Assembly (NCBI GenBank): GCA_041481715.1 | Contig: JBGPCK010000003.1 | Coordinates: 1 to 62,472, forward strand | Length of the DNA stretch: 62,472 bases | Source of the DNA: Thermoanaerobaculia bacterium | GTDB lineage: Bacteria > Acidobacteriota > Thermoanaerobaculia > UBA5066 > Gp7-AA6 | Reading direction: 5' to 3' | Shown: positions 30,925 to 40,596 of the stretch, piece after piece | Layout of the letters: each line of letters begins with the position of its first letter | Position numbering within the stretch: position 1 is the first letter of the stretch | Position numbers and translations under genes: made by a program | The notes under the pieces: generated by a model | Database searches by the model: none | What the model was told of the DNA's origin: nothing | The model's input: the letters and a program-made list of their open reading frames with translations, nothing else

Positions 30925-31402
30925 GGGAGTCCCGGATCATCGCAGAAATCGCGTCCGGGGCGAAGCCCCGCTGGAGCAGCGAGCGGCGGACGCGCTGCTG
31001 ACGCTCTCGCGGCGGGAGTCCGGCCGCGGCCTTCCAGAACCTCGCAAAGGCGCGCGCGAGCGTCCCGTTTTCCAGACCGTCTTCCAGCTCTTCCAGGGCC
31101 CTGTCCGCCGTCTCTTCGGAAAAGCCGCGCGCCGAGAGCTCCCGCGCGATCCGCCGGCGCCCGTACCGCGCCCCCCGGGCGCGAACCAGCGAGCGCGCGG
31201 CAGCGCGGTCGTCCAGCCACCCCTCGGCCTCCAGGCGCGCGAGAGCGCCGCGCGTCGAGGACGACGTGAAGCCGCGGCGCTCCAGGTCCCGCCGCAGCTC
31301 CTCGTTTCCCCGCGACCGCACTCCGAGAAGCCGCAGGCCCCGAGTGTATGCGGCCTCGGTCGACTCGGGTTGATCGGTCTTTCGAATGCGGGGCGTCGAC
31401 AA
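30890..31402 (-). CDS. recX: RecA regulator RecX
   Basis: 170-aa ORF with RecX-type three-helix repeats (LRLLGVRSRGNEELRRDLERRGF...). Its 3' end overlaps the alaS start by 35 nt. Confidence 0.8.
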   Translation of the reverse strand: MSTPRIRKTDQPESTEAAYTRGLRLLGVRSRGNEELRRDLERRGFTSSSTRGALARLEAEGWLDDRAAARSLVRARGARYGRRRIARELSARGFSEETADRALEELEDGLENGTLARAFARFWKAAAGLPPRERQQRVRRSLLQRGFAPDAISAMIRDSHEIDGSSGEIP

Positions 31403-31454
31403 TTCTCCGAGCGCTTCGCCCGACGACTTACGGCTTCCGCCTCTGGTGCGCAGT

Positions 31455-32645
31455 TCAGCGCGTTGCGGGCGGCTGGTTGCTGAAGTCGAAGGGGGATTCC
31501 TCGCCGGCGACGCTGCTGTACTCGCCTGGCGCCTCGAGCTCCGAGTCCATCTCTTCGCGCGCGATGTCGGAGGTGGACTGGATCCCCTGAAGCTTGAGCT
31601 TGAACTCGTTCGGGTTCGTGGCGCGCTTCAAGGCCTCGTCCAGCGTGATCAGGCCCTGCTTGTAGAGCATGTAGAGCGACTGGTCGAACGTCTGCATGCC
31701 GTACTGCGACGTGCCGGCCGCGATCGCGTCCTTCAGGAACTTCGTCTTTTCCTTGTTCTCAATGCACTCGCGGATGTATTGGGTCCGGATCAGAATCTCC
31801 GCCGCCGGAACGCGGCCGAGTCCGTCGGCCCGCGGCATCAGGCGGAGCGAAATGACCGCCTTCAACACCGCGCCGAGTTGCAGCCGGATCTGCTTCTGCT
31901 GGTGAGGCGGAAAGACCGAAATGATCCGATTGACCGTCTCGGTCGCATCGAGGGTATGCAGCGTCGACAATACGAGGTGCCCCGTCTCCGCGGCGAGCAA
32001 CGCCGTCTCGATCGTTTCGTAGTCGCGCATTTCGCCCACCAGGATGACGTCGGGGTCCTGGCGCAGAGCGCTGCGCAGCGCCACCGAAAACCCCTTGGTG
32101 TCCACTTCGACCTCGCGCTGGTTGACGATCGACTTCTTGTCGCGGTGGAGGAATTCGATGGGGTCCTCCACCGTGACGATGTGCTCGTTGCGCAGCGTGT
32201 TGATGTGGTCGATCATCGCCGCGAGCGTCGTGGACTTGCCCGATCCGGTCGTCCCGGTACACAGCACGAGACCCCGCTGCTCCAGGCAGATCTTCTCGAG
32301 CACCGGCGGCAGCAGCAGGTCGCGAATCGTCAGGATGCGCGCCGGGATGACGCGCAGCACCAGCCCGACCGTGCCGCGCTGCTGGAAGATGTTGCAGCGG
32401 AAGCGGCCCAGATTGGGAACCGAGTAGGCGATGTCGATCTCGAGATCGTTCTTGAATTTCTCTTTCTGGCGGGCGGACATGATCGAGAACGCCATCGCGA
32501 TCGTGTCTTCCTGCATCAGGCGGCGCGTCTCCGTCAGCGGAATGAGCTGCCCGTCGATTCGGATGACGGGAAAGGCGCTGACTTTCAGGTGCAAGTCAGA
32601 CGCTTTGCGCTCGACCGCCACCTTGAGCAGATCGTTGATGTGCAT
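31455..32645 (-). CDS. pilT: Type IV pilus retraction ATPase PilT/PilU family
   Basis: 396-aa ORF with ASDLHL, Walker A GTTGSGKST, the Asp box and VGEMRD, His-box LVLSTLHT and the AIRNLIRE-like motif (YIRECIENKE). It carries an acidic C-terminal tail. Confidence 0.9.
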   Translation of the reverse strand: MHINDLLKVAVERKASDLHLKVSAFPVIRIDGQLIPLTETRRLMQEDTIAMAFSIMSARQKEKFKNDLEIDIAYSVPNLGRFRCNIFQQRGTVGLVLRVIPARILTIRDLLLPPVLEKICLEQRGLVLCTGTTGSGKSTTLAAMIDHINTLRNEHIVTVEDPIEFLHRDKKSIVNQREVEVDTKGFSVALRSALRQDPDVILVGEMRDYETIETALLAAETGHLVLSTLHTLDATETVNRIISVFPPHQQKQIRLQLGAVLKAVISLRLMPRADGLGRVPAAEILIRTQYIRECIENKEKTKFLKDAIAAGTSQYGMQTFDQSLYMLYKQGLITLDEALKRATNPNEFKLKLQGIQSTSDIAREEMDSELEAPGEYSSVAGEESPFDFSNQPPATR

Positions 32646-32796
32646 GAATTAGCCCCTTTTGGCCGTTAAGTTTACGCCGGTTGGAGAGGGTTGGAAAGAG
32701 CGTTCCATGGAAAAGCCGATCGGTGACCGGGGGCCCTTGGCGGGCGAGGAGCTCGCGTAACTCCTTGGCCGCTAACTCTTAGCTGTTGCCCGTCGA

Positions 32797-33747
32797 CTAG
32801 CCGCGACTGCCGACGGTCGATTCGACCGGCACCGGCGTCAGCCACCCGTAACGATCCTCGGACTCCCCTTTGACCAGCGCGAAGAACTCCTTCTGCAGTC
32901 TCTCGGTGACGGGCCCCCGCTTGCCGGTGCCCACGGGAATCCGGTCCACCGACCGGATCGGCGTGACCTCGGCCGCGGTTCCCGTGAAGAAAGCCTCGTC
33001 GGCAATGTACAGCATCTCGCGGGCGATCTGCTGCTCGACCACCGCGTAGCCGGCGTCGCGCGCAAGCGTCAGAATCGAATCACGCGTGATACCCGGCAGA
33101 ATCGTGCCGGAGAGGGGCGGCGTCAGGATCTTGCCGCCGTAGACGAGAAAGATGTTCTCGCCGCTGCCTTCGGAGATGCGGCCTGCATTGTCGAGCGCGA
33201 TCCCCTCGGTGTACCCGTTGGTGATCGCCTCCATCTTGATCAGTTGGGAATTGAGGTAATTGCCCGTGGCCTTGGCCATCGCCGGAAAGGTGTTTGGCGC
33301 CATCCGGTTCCAGGAAGAGACGCAGACGTCCACGCCTCCTTCGATTGCCTCGTCCCCAAGGTACTTGCCCCAGTGCCAGACCGCGATCAAGACCTCGATC
33401 GAGCTCTTGAACGGGTTTACGCCGAGCGCCCCCAGACCCCGGTAGACGACCGGACGGATGTAGCACTCGTCGAAACCGTTGGCGCGAATGGTTTCGAAGA
33501 TCGCCTCTTGAAACTCCGAGCGCGTGTACGGAATCTCCATGCGGTAGACCTTGCAAGAGTCGTACATGCGCTTGATGTGCTCATCCAGGCGGAAAGCCGC
33601 CGAACCGTTGCGTGTCTTGTAGACGCGCGCCCCCTCGAACATTGCCGAGCCGTAGTGAAAGACGTGGGAGAACGCGTGAATCTTCGCGTCGGCGAAGTCC
33701 ACGAGCCTCCCGTTCATCCAGACTTTTTTGACGTCGTCGTAGGACAT
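32797..33747 (-). CDS. ilvE: Branched-chain amino acid aminotransferase
   Basis: ORF trimmed to the ATG at 33747 ([18 protein letters not shown]). It has HYGSAMFEG and EGSGENIF motifs. Confidence 0.93.
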   Translation of the reverse strand: MSYDDVKKVWMNGRLVDFADAKIHAFSHVFHYGSAMFEGARVYKTRNGSAAFRLDEHIKRMYDSCKVYRMEIPYTRSEFQEAIFETIRANGFDECYIRPVVYRGLGALGVNPFKSSIEVLIAVWHWGKYLGDEAIEGGVDVCVSSWNRMAPNTFPAMAKATGNYLNSQLIKMEAITNGYTEGIALDNAGRISEGSGENIFLVYGGKILTPPLSGTILPGITRDSILTLARDAGYAVVEQQIAREMLYIADEAFFTGTAAEVTPIRSVDRIPVGTGKRGPVTERLQKEFFALVKGESEDRYGWLTPVPVESTVGSRG

Positions 33748-33822
33748 CGCGTCACCTCCGAGGGAGATCGAGGCGCGTGGCGGGTACGCGGCAGTATCCT
33801 CCGGCGCGGAACGCGGTGTCAA

Positions 33823-34551
33823 TCACACGGAGGTGCCTCCGAGGAGGCCGGTCGCGCGCGAAAGCGCCGCGCGCAGAAGCACGAGCCCCGCAATCACCGC
33901 GGTCTCGGCGCGGAGCCGGCCCGCCGGAAGCGACGTCGGATTCCATCCCAGGTCCCGGGCCACTTCCACCTCCGGCCGCGTCCAGCCTCCCTCGGGCCCG
34001 ACCGCGAGGGCCGCGGGGGCGGACGCGAGCGCGGCCGGGAACGGCTGCCCTTCCGGATCGAGAAGGAACCGGTGCCGCGCCGTTTCCTGTTGGAGGGCAT
34101 CGGACATCGGCAGAGGCCCCACGATCTCCGGGCAGCGAGGCGCCCCGCATTGCTTGGCCGCGGCGCGGGCGACGCGCTCGAGGCGCTCGCGCAGAGTTTC
34201 GGTGGCTCGGAACGCTTGTGTACGTTCCGCGCGTACGAGCACGAGACGCGCCACGGCGAGCTCCGTAGCCTTTTCCGCCATCCAGGACAGCCGTTCGACG
34301 CGACCGGCGGCGACATAGAGCGCGACCGGCGGCCCGGGATCCGCGGGATCGAGAACCCGCTCGGCCAGGACCTCGATTCCCGAGCGCGAAAGGCGCGATA
34401 CGCGCCCGAGCATCTCTCCACCCTTCCCATCGAAGAGGACGACCGGATCTCCGGAGGAAAGGCGCCGGGCGTGCGCGTGGGCGGACTCCCCGGCAGGCAG
34501 GCGCAGGGCCTCACCCACCGCAGGTAGCCTCTCTACGAAGAGCCGCGGCAC
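33823..34551 (-). CDS. rsmE: 16S rRNA (uracil1498-N3)-methyltransferase
   Basis: The GTG at 34551 gives VPRLFVERLP..., typical of an RsmE N-terminus. The C-terminus has VGPEGGW. The longer 473-aa track ORF is an upstream read-through artefact. Confidence 0.8.
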   Translation of the reverse strand: MPRLFVERLPAVGEALRLPAGESAHAHARRLSSGDPVVLFDGKGGEMLGRVSRLSRSGIEVLAERVLDPADPGPPVALYVAAGRVERLSWMAEKATELAVARLVLVRAERTQAFRATETLRERLERVARAAAKQCGAPRCPEIVGPLPMSDALQQETARHRFLLDPEGQPFPAALASAPAALAVGPEGGWTRPEVEVARDLGWNPTSLPAGRLRAETAVIAGLVLLRAALSRATGLLGGTSV

Positions 34552-35291
34552 AGGCACAGGCAGCTCCAAGAGCCTTCGCGGTAGCGCGAGAAGAGGCGGA
34601 GTCGCCGGAAGCGCGCCCGGGCGGTCAGGGACTGCTCGCGATCCGCCGGAATGCCGGACACAATCAACCGTCCGCCCGGCTCGACGCGCGCGGCGAGCAC
34701 CGAGAGGATCGGAAAGAGCTCTTCGGGGAGCATGTTGGCTACGACGATCGTGAATCTTCCGGCCGCGGCCGCTGCGGGCCCCGCGAAGAGACCGACGCGG
34801 GCGCCGAAGGGGTGACGCCGCACGTTCTCCCGCGCCACGAAAACGGCGTCGGCGTCGGTATCGAAGCCCACGGCTCGGGCGGCGCCAAGCGCCACGGCCG
34901 CGAGGGCCAGAATGCCGGACCCCGTCCCAGCGTCGAGCAGGCGGGAATCCGGCCGCACTTCCTCCTCGAGAGCGAGCAGTGCAAGACGCGTCGACTCGTG
35001 GCCTCCCGTTCCAAAGGCTCGGGAAGCAGGCACCCTCAGCGCGATGCGGGAAGGGGGTGTTCGGTCCTCTCCGGGGTCCCCCGGATCGATCCAGAGGCGC
35101 CGCCCGACGGGAAAGGGACGGGAGGACGCCCGAAACGCCTCGAGCGGATCCCCCTCCGGTATATCGGTCGTGAGGGCGACATGGTATCCACACGCCTCGA
35201 CCGCCGACCTCGCCCGGCGCGCCGAGTCCGCCGTACGGAAACAAGCCACCAGGTCGCGCCCCTCCTCGAGCAGCCCGAGCGGTCCGTGCAT
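34533..35291 (-). CDS. prmA: Ribosomal protein L11 methyltransferase
   Basis: It has FGTGGHESTRL and LDAGTGSGILA motifs. The homologous N-terminal domain appears to continue upstream of the first ATG, up to about 35369, with no canonical start there. Confidence 0.8.
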   Translation of the reverse strand: MHGPLGLLEEGRDLVACFRTADSARRARSAVEACGYHVALTTDIPEGDPLEAFRASSRPFPVGRRLWIDPGDPGEDRTPPSRIALRVPASRAFGTGGHESTRLALLALEEEVRPDSRLLDAGTGSGILALAAVALGAARAVGFDTDADAVFVARENVRRHPFGARVGLFAGPAAAAAGRFTIVVANMLPEELFPILSVLAARVEPGGRLIVSGIPADREQSLTARARFRRLRLFSRYREGSWSCLCLCRGSS

Positions 35292-35438
35292 CGAGAGCAG
35301 GCCGACGAGAGTATCGTCTCTCGCCTTGCGCGGGACCAGGAGGCGGGAGTACGTCAGGAGCGACAGCGTTCAGCTCTCAGCTTTCGGCGCTCAGCTCGCA
35401 GTCCGGCCCTCCTCTGGCTGACAGCCGAGGGCGGACGG

Positions 35439-36545
35439 TTACGAGAAGATCTTCTTCGCCTTTCCAAAGACCGATTTCCCGCCGACCGGCGCGTTGGTCA
35501 GCCCGGCATACTCGCGCAGCAGATCCTTTTCCTTCTCCGAGGGCGACTCCGGGATCAGGACGCCCGCCCGGACGACGAGGTCGCCCCGTCCCCGTCGCCC
35601 AAGCCGTCCGAGACCCTTTCCGCGCAGCCGAATCTCGGAGCCGGCCGCCGTGCCGGGAGCGATCGTGATTTTTTCCGGGCCTTCGAGCGTCGGCACGTCG
35701 ATCTCGCCGCCGAGAACGAGGGTCGGGTACGGCAGGTCGAGAAGCAGGACGACGTCGTCACCTTCCCGTTTGAAGACCTCATCCTCGGCGACCGTCAGCA
35801 CGACGTAGAGATCTCCGGCCGGCCCCCCCCCCGGACCCGCGTCGCCTTCGCCCGCCAGCCGCAGCCGGGAACCGGTCTCGACACCTGCTGGGATCCGAAT
35901 CTCGAGCTTGTGGGAGGAACGCCGGCGCCCGTCGCTCCGGCATTCCGGGCACGGGTGGTCGATCACGCGCCCTTCGCCACGGCAGTTGGCGCAGGGCCGC
36001 GTGACGGAGAGGAACCCTTGCGAGAAGCGTTGCCGGCCCCGGCCGCCGCAGGCGGGACAGGCATGCGGACGGGAGCCCGGCGCCGCCCCCGAGCCGTGGC
36101 AGTGCTCGCAGCGCTCCAGGCGCGAGACGTGCAGAGGTGCCTCGGCGCCGAAGGCCGCTTCGCGAAACGAGATCTCGATGCGGTAGACGAGATCGCTGCC
36201 CTGAGTGGGCCGATTTCCGCCGCCGCCGAAACCGAAAAGCTCGCCGAACAGATCCGAGAAATCCGCGAACACCGACGGGTCGAAACCCGAGAAGCCTCCG
36301 CCGGAGGTAGCCCCCGGCGAAACGCCAGCATGGCCGAATCGGTCGTAAAGGGCGCGCTTTTCGGCATCGGAGAGCACGGCATAGGCCTCCGACGCTTCCT
36401 TGAACCGCTCCGCCGCCTCCGGATCGTCCGGATTACGGTCCGGGTGCGACTCCATGGCCAGCCGCCGGTAGGCCGACTTGAGCTGCTGCCCATCCGCGTC
36501 CCGGGCCACTCCCAGGACCTCGTAGTAGTCCCTCTTCTGCGGCAT
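35439..36545 (-). CDS. dnaJ: Chaperone DnaJ
   Basis: ORF trimmed to the ATG at 36545 (MPQKRDYYEVLGV). It has the HPD motif, a G/F region and four CxxCxGxG zinc motifs. Confidence 0.95.
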   Translation of the reverse strand: MPQKRDYYEVLGVARDADGQQLKSAYRRLAMESHPDRNPDDPEAAERFKEASEAYAVLSDAEKRALYDRFGHAGVSPGATSGGGFSGFDPSVFADFSDLFGELFGFGGGGNRPTQGSDLVYRIEISFREAAFGAEAPLHVSRLERCEHCHGSGAAPGSRPHACPACGGRGRQRFSQGFLSVTRPCANCRGEGRVIDHPCPECRSDGRRRSSHKLEIRIPAGVETGSRLRLAGEGDAGPGGGPAGDLYVVLTVAEDEVFKREGDDVVLLLDLPYPTLVLGGEIDVPTLEGPEKITIAPGTAAGSEIRLRGKGLGRLGRRGRGDLVVRAGVLIPESPSEKEKDLLREYAGLTNAPVGGKSVFGKAKKIFS

Positions 36546-36549
36546 GCCG

Positions 36550-36819
36550 CTAGCAGGTTGCTGAAGAATGGTGTGGAGCGGCGTTGCGAGCGCCGCGGGG
36601 CCAGATGCGAGGCGACGCGACGCAGGCGATGCCGTTCGCATCGTCGAGGAGGGGCAACAAAGCAGATGGCCCCGCGCCGCCGCAACCCCTTGGGGCGGCT
36701 GGCCTCTTGCTCGCGGCGACCTCAAGTCTCATGAGAACCTCCCGACGCGATTGCGTGCTCGCCGCGAGTTGCAAGAGACCAGCCGCGACGCCCGCATCCA
36801 TTCTTCAGCACCCTGCTAG
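36550..36819 (-). repeat. 270-nt dnaK-dnaJ spacer closed by a 22-bp inverted repeat, with several long internal helices
   Basis: 36550-36571 (CTAGCAGGTTGCTGAAGAATGG) is the reverse complement of 36798-36819 except for 1 mismatch. Internal complementary pairs are 36594-36603/36667-36676 (10 bp perfect), about 36676-36699 (hairpin), and 36701-36719/36759-36780 (19 bp with a 2-nt bulge and one G-U). Confidence 0.65.
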
Positions 36820-38657
36820 GACGTAGGCGGCAAGGCGGGCGCGGTGCCGCCGCCCACCCGCTGGAGCATGATCCGAGTCAGAACCTTGGAAACGCCCTGC
36901 ATGTCGAAAATCGCCTCGTTCAGGGCCTCGCGGGAGTCGCCCCCGGCGATCTCCCGGGAACGCTTCAGCGTCTCTTCGATGCGCTCCCTCTCGTCCGGCG
37001 CCAGGGCCTCTCCGAATTCCGCCAGAACCCGCTCGTTGGAGGCGAGCATTCCCTCCAGGCGATTGCGCACCTGGGCGAGCTCGCGTCTCTGGTGATCTGC
37101 CTCCGCGAAGGCGGAGGCCTCCTTGATGATGCGGTCGATCTCGCCCTGCGAGAGGCCGCCGGCCGGGTTGATCTGAATGCCCTGGGCCTTCCCGGTTGCG
37201 AGGTCCCTCGCCGAGACATTGACGATGCCGTTGGAGTCGATGGCGAAGGTGACCTCGATCTGCGGGATGCCGCGGGGCGCCGCGGGGATGCCGACGAGCT
37301 CGAAGCGCCCGAGCGACTTGTTCTCCTTGGCCACCTCGCGCTCCCCTTGCAGCACGTGGATCTCGACGACCGACTGGTTGTCCGCGACCGTGGTGAAGAC
37401 CTTGGTGTTCTTGGTCGGGATCGTCGAGTTTCGCTCGATCAGCTTCTCGAAGACGCCTCCGTGGGTCTCGATACCCAGGGACAGAGGAGTGACGTCGAGC
37501 AGGACGACGTCCTTGATCTCGCCCTTGAGCACGCCCCCCTGGATCGCCGCTCCGATCGCGACGACCTCGTCCGGGTTGATCTCCCGATTGGGCTCACGGC
37601 CGAAGAGCTCGGCCACCATGCGCTGAACCTTGGGCGTACGGGTCTGACCACCCACGAGGATGACCTGGTCCACGTCCGAGGGCTTGAGCCCCGCGGACTG
37701 GAGCGCGTCCAGGCAGGGCGCGGCGGTGCGGTCGATCAGGTCTGCGACGAGCGATTCGAAGCGCTCTCGCGTGAGCGTCCGGTTGATGTGCTTGGGACCG
37801 GATGCATCCGCCGAGATGAAAGGGAGCGTGATGGTGGTCTCGGTCGCTGTCGAGAGCTCGCACTTGGCCTTCTCGGCGGCCTCCTTCAAGCGCTGTAGGG
37901 CCATGCGGTCCTGCCGCAGGTCGATGCCCGTCGCCTTCTTGAAGTCGTCGAGGAGCCAGTCCATGATCTTCTTGTCGAAATCCTCGCCGCCCAGGTACGT
38001 GTCGCCCGCGGTCGCCTTGACCTCGTAGATCCCCTCGCCGAGCTGCAGGATCGAAATATCGAACGTGCCGCCGCCCAGGTCGTAGACGGCAACGATCTCG
38101 CTGCCCTTGCGCTCGAGGCCGTACGCCAGGGACGCTGCGGTCGGCTCGTTGATGATGCGCAAGACCTCCAAACCCGCGATGCGTCCCGCGTCGCGCGTGG
38201 CCTGCCGCTGCGCGTCGTCGAAGTAGGCGGGGACCGTGATGATCGCCTCGGTGATCTCCTCGCCCAGAATTTCCTCGGAGAACTCCTTGATCTCCTTCAG
38301 GATGAACGCGGAGATTTCCTCCGGGCTGTACTCCCGGCCACGCGCTCGGATCTTCACGTCTCCGTTGACTGCGCGCACGATCTCGTAGGGAAGCACCTCT
38401 CGAGCGTGCTGCGTCTCCTCCGAGTCGAATTTGCGCCCGACCAGGCGCTTGACGGCAAAGACCGTGTTCATGGGGTTGGTGATCGCCTGCCGTTTGGCGA
38501 TCTGGCCCACGAGCCGCTCCCCGTCCTCGGTGAAGCCCACGATCGAAGGGGTGGTGCGGCTGCCCTCGCGGTTGGTCAGGACCTGCGGGGTAACACCCTC
38601 CACGACGCCCGCGCAGCAGTTGGTCGTCCCGAGATCGATTCCGAGGATCCTGCCCAA
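36816..38657 (-). CDS. dnaK: Chaperone DnaK (Hsp70)
   Basis: 613-aa ORF with [16 protein letters not shown] and the EEVD-less bacterial C-terminus. Confidence 0.98.
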   Translation of the reverse strand: MGRILGIDLGTTNCCAGVVEGVTPQVLTNREGSRTTPSIVGFTEDGERLVGQIAKRQAITNPMNTVFAVKRLVGRKFDSEETQHAREVLPYEIVRAVNGDVKIRARGREYSPEEISAFILKEIKEFSEEILGEEITEAIITVPAYFDDAQRQATRDAGRIAGLEVLRIINEPTAASLAYGLERKGSEIVAVYDLGGGTFDISILQLGEGIYEVKATAGDTYLGGEDFDKKIMDWLLDDFKKATGIDLRQDRMALQRLKEAAEKAKCELSTATETTITLPFISADASGPKHINRTLTRERFESLVADLIDRTAAPCLDALQSAGLKPSDVDQVILVGGQTRTPKVQRMVAELFGREPNREINPDEVVAIGAAIQGGVLKGEIKDVVLLDVTPLSLGIETHGGVFEKLIERNSTIPTKNTKVFTTVADNQSVVEIHVLQGEREVAKENKSLGRFELVGIPAAPRGIPQIEVTFAIDSNGIVNVSARDLATGKAQGIQINPAGGLSQGEIDRIIKEASAFAEADHQRRELAQVRNRLEGMLASNERVLAEFGEALAPDERERIEETLKRSREIAGGDSREALNEAIFDMQGVSKVLTRIMLQRVGGGTAPALPPTS

Positions 38658-38675
38658 GAGCCCTCCTGACGAACA

Positions 38676-38710
38676 CGGAAAAAGGGAGCCGGAAACCCCT
38701 GTCTCCGGCT
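38676..38710 (-). terminator. Intra-operon stem-loop + U-tract between grpE and dnaK
   Basis: On the minus strand, AGCCGGAGAC-AGGG-GTTTCCGGCT (9 of 10 bp) is followed by CCCTTTTTCC. It lies about 10 nt upstream of the dnaK RBS (AGGAGGG). Confidence 0.5.
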
Positions 38711-38783
38711 TCGCTGTTAGCGAACCATTTTACCCCGGATCAAGCAGTTGACTCCGGGGAGGCGTCGATCCGGAAGCACGCGG

Positions 38784-39404
38784 TCAGAGGTTCTCGGGGT
38801 CCGGCTCGGGCGTGGATTCCCGGTCGCGGACGGCCACCTTCACCGCGGCAGGGCGCACCAGCCGGTCCTCCAGAATGTAGCCCTTCTGGAGCACCTCGAG
38901 GATGCTGTTGGGCGGAACCTCACCGGTCGCCTCCGTGGCCACCGCCTCGTGTCGGTTGGGATCGAACGCGACGCTCGTGTCCACTTCCTCCAGGCCATGC
39001 CGCCTCCAGAGGTCCATGAGTTGCCGCCGGATCAGGCCGATGCCCTGCCCGAAATGGCTCTTCCGCTCCTCTGCGGACGCGTGCGCCATTGCCCGTTCGA
39101 GGTTGTCGAGAATTGGGAGAAAGTCCCGCGCCAGATCCATCAGCGCGACGCGAAAGTGCTCGCGCTTTTCGCGCTCGGTCCGCTTGCGGATGTTGTCGAT
39201 CTCCGCCATCTTGCGCAGGTGGCGATCCTTCAACTCCGCCAGATCCCGTTCGACCGAACGGACTTTCTCTTCGGCGGCCTGAATGGCGGACCGCTCCTCC
39301 TCGGCCAGCGCGTCTTCCAGGCTCTCTCCGGAGTCCCGGACCTCGATGGTCTCGTCGTCGACGGGAGCCGCCGCGCCTTCCCGCGGGCCGTTGCGCTCGC
39401 TCAT
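38784..39404 (-). CDS. grpE: Nucleotide exchange factor GrpE
   Basis: 206-aa ORF with a coiled N-terminus and the C-terminal GYILEDRLVRPAAVKV motif. Its ATG overlaps the hrcA stop (ATGA). Confidence 0.93.
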   Translation of the reverse strand: MSERNGPREGAAAPVDDETIEVRDSGESLEDALAEEERSAIQAAEEKVRSVERDLAELKDRHLRKMAEIDNIRKRTEREKREHFRVALMDLARDFLPILDNLERAMAHASAEERKSHFGQGIGLIRRQLMDLWRRHGLEEVDTSVAFDPNRHEAVATEATGEVPPNSILEVLQKGYILEDRLVRPAAVKVAVRDRESTPEPDPENL

Positions 39405-40468
39405 TCTTCGTCCGTGGTCGGCGCCGTCCCCTCGCGGCCTTCCAGGCGTACCGACAGGGCGCGGCCGAGAAGCTCTACGACGGGGATCACGCGCGGATAC
39501 TCCCGGCGCGCGGGTCCGATCACTCCGAGCATCCCCGTCAGTGTCTCTCCCGAACCGTACGACGTCAAGACCGCCGAGAGCCGCGGGTCCGCCGTGAGCG
39601 CCTCCTCGGATCCCAGGACGACGCAGGTCTCGCGCGACTCGAGGAAATGGGCGAAGAGGGAAAGCAGACGCGTCTTCTCATCGAAGGCGTGGAGCACCGT
39701 CTTCAGCGACTCGACATCGGAGAACTCCGGCTTATCCAGCAGCCGGGCGGTGCCGTCCACGTAGATCCGTTCCTCCGGTTCGCGCTTCTCCAGAGCCCGC
39801 CGGGCCAGGTCCCAAGCTCGCTCGAAGATGCGGTCGCAGGCGGCCCTCTCCTGCGCGAGTTCCTCGAGCAGCTTGCGACGCACTTCGTGCAGCGTGAGGC
39901 CCCCGTACTCCCGCGTGAGCCGGTCACTGGCGGCCTCCAGCTCGGCGGAGGAGTATTCGATGTCCGTCTCGAGGACGCGGGAAATGACGGTGTCCGGTTC
40001 GTTGATCTGGACGACCAGGATCTTGCCGGGTGCCACCGAAAGAAAGCGCAGGCTCTTCAAAACGGTGTGCAGCGCATCCGGCGCTACGACAAACCCGACC
40101 TCCCCCGCCAGCTGAGACAGCAGCCGCGAGGTCGCCTGGAAGAGCCGCGTGATGTCCCCGCCGGCGGATGCCAGGTCCGAATCCACCTGCTCCCGCAGGT
40201 CGACCGCGACCCTGCGGTGCCGCATCAGCTCGTCGATGTAGAGCCGGTAGGCCTGGTCGGTCGGGATCCGCCCGGCGGAGGTGTGCGGCTGCATGAGAAA
40301 ACCGCCGTCGGTCAGGTCCGCCATGATGTTGCGGATCGAGGCGGGAGAGAGGCCGAACCGGCTCGACTTGAAGAGGGTGCGCGAGGAAACGGGCATCCCC
40401 GTGTCCACGTGGACGCGGATGATCTCCCGGAGGATCGCCCGGCTGCGGCTGTCGAGGGTCTTGTTCAC
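39401..40468 (-). CDS. hrcA: Heat-inducible transcription repressor HrcA
   Basis: GTG start at 40468 (VNKTLDSRSRAILREIIRVHVDTGMPVSSRTL). It has IRNIMADL and then the HrcA C-terminal domain. The longer 600-aa track ORF is an artefact. Confidence 0.9.
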   Translation of the reverse strand: MNKTLDSRSRAILREIIRVHVDTGMPVSSRTLFKSSRFGLSPASIRNIMADLTDGGFLMQPHTSAGRIPTDQAYRLYIDELMRHRRVAVDLREQVDSDLASAGGDITRLFQATSRLLSQLAGEVGFVVAPDALHTVLKSLRFLSVAPGKILVVQINEPDTVISRVLETDIEYSSAELEAASDRLTREYGGLTLHEVRRKLLEELAQERAACDRIFERAWDLARRALEKREPEERIYVDGTARLLDKPEFSDVESLKTVLHAFDEKTRLLSLFAHFLESRETCVVLGSEEALTADPRLSAVLTSYGSGETLTGMLGVIGPARREYPRVIPVVELLGRALSVRLEGREGTAPTTDEE

Positions 40469-40596
40469 GATTGGGCCCCGCTGGCGCTCGGGAAACCGCA
40501 GCGCCACAAGTCCACGGTAGCGGCTTGCCCGGGGCGAGTCAACTGTCGCGGTCAAGAGTCTACGGAAGCAGGAGTTACTGGCGATAGACTCAATCA

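Noticed and set aside
36550-36801. 83-aa ORF exactly filling the dnaK-dnaJ spacer
   Set aside because: By hand count its third-position GC (roughly 70 percent) is lower than that of the flanking genes. It has no RBS and its sequence is dominated by the palindromic helices. It is more parsimoniously RNA structure. I keep it only as an alternative within the finding.
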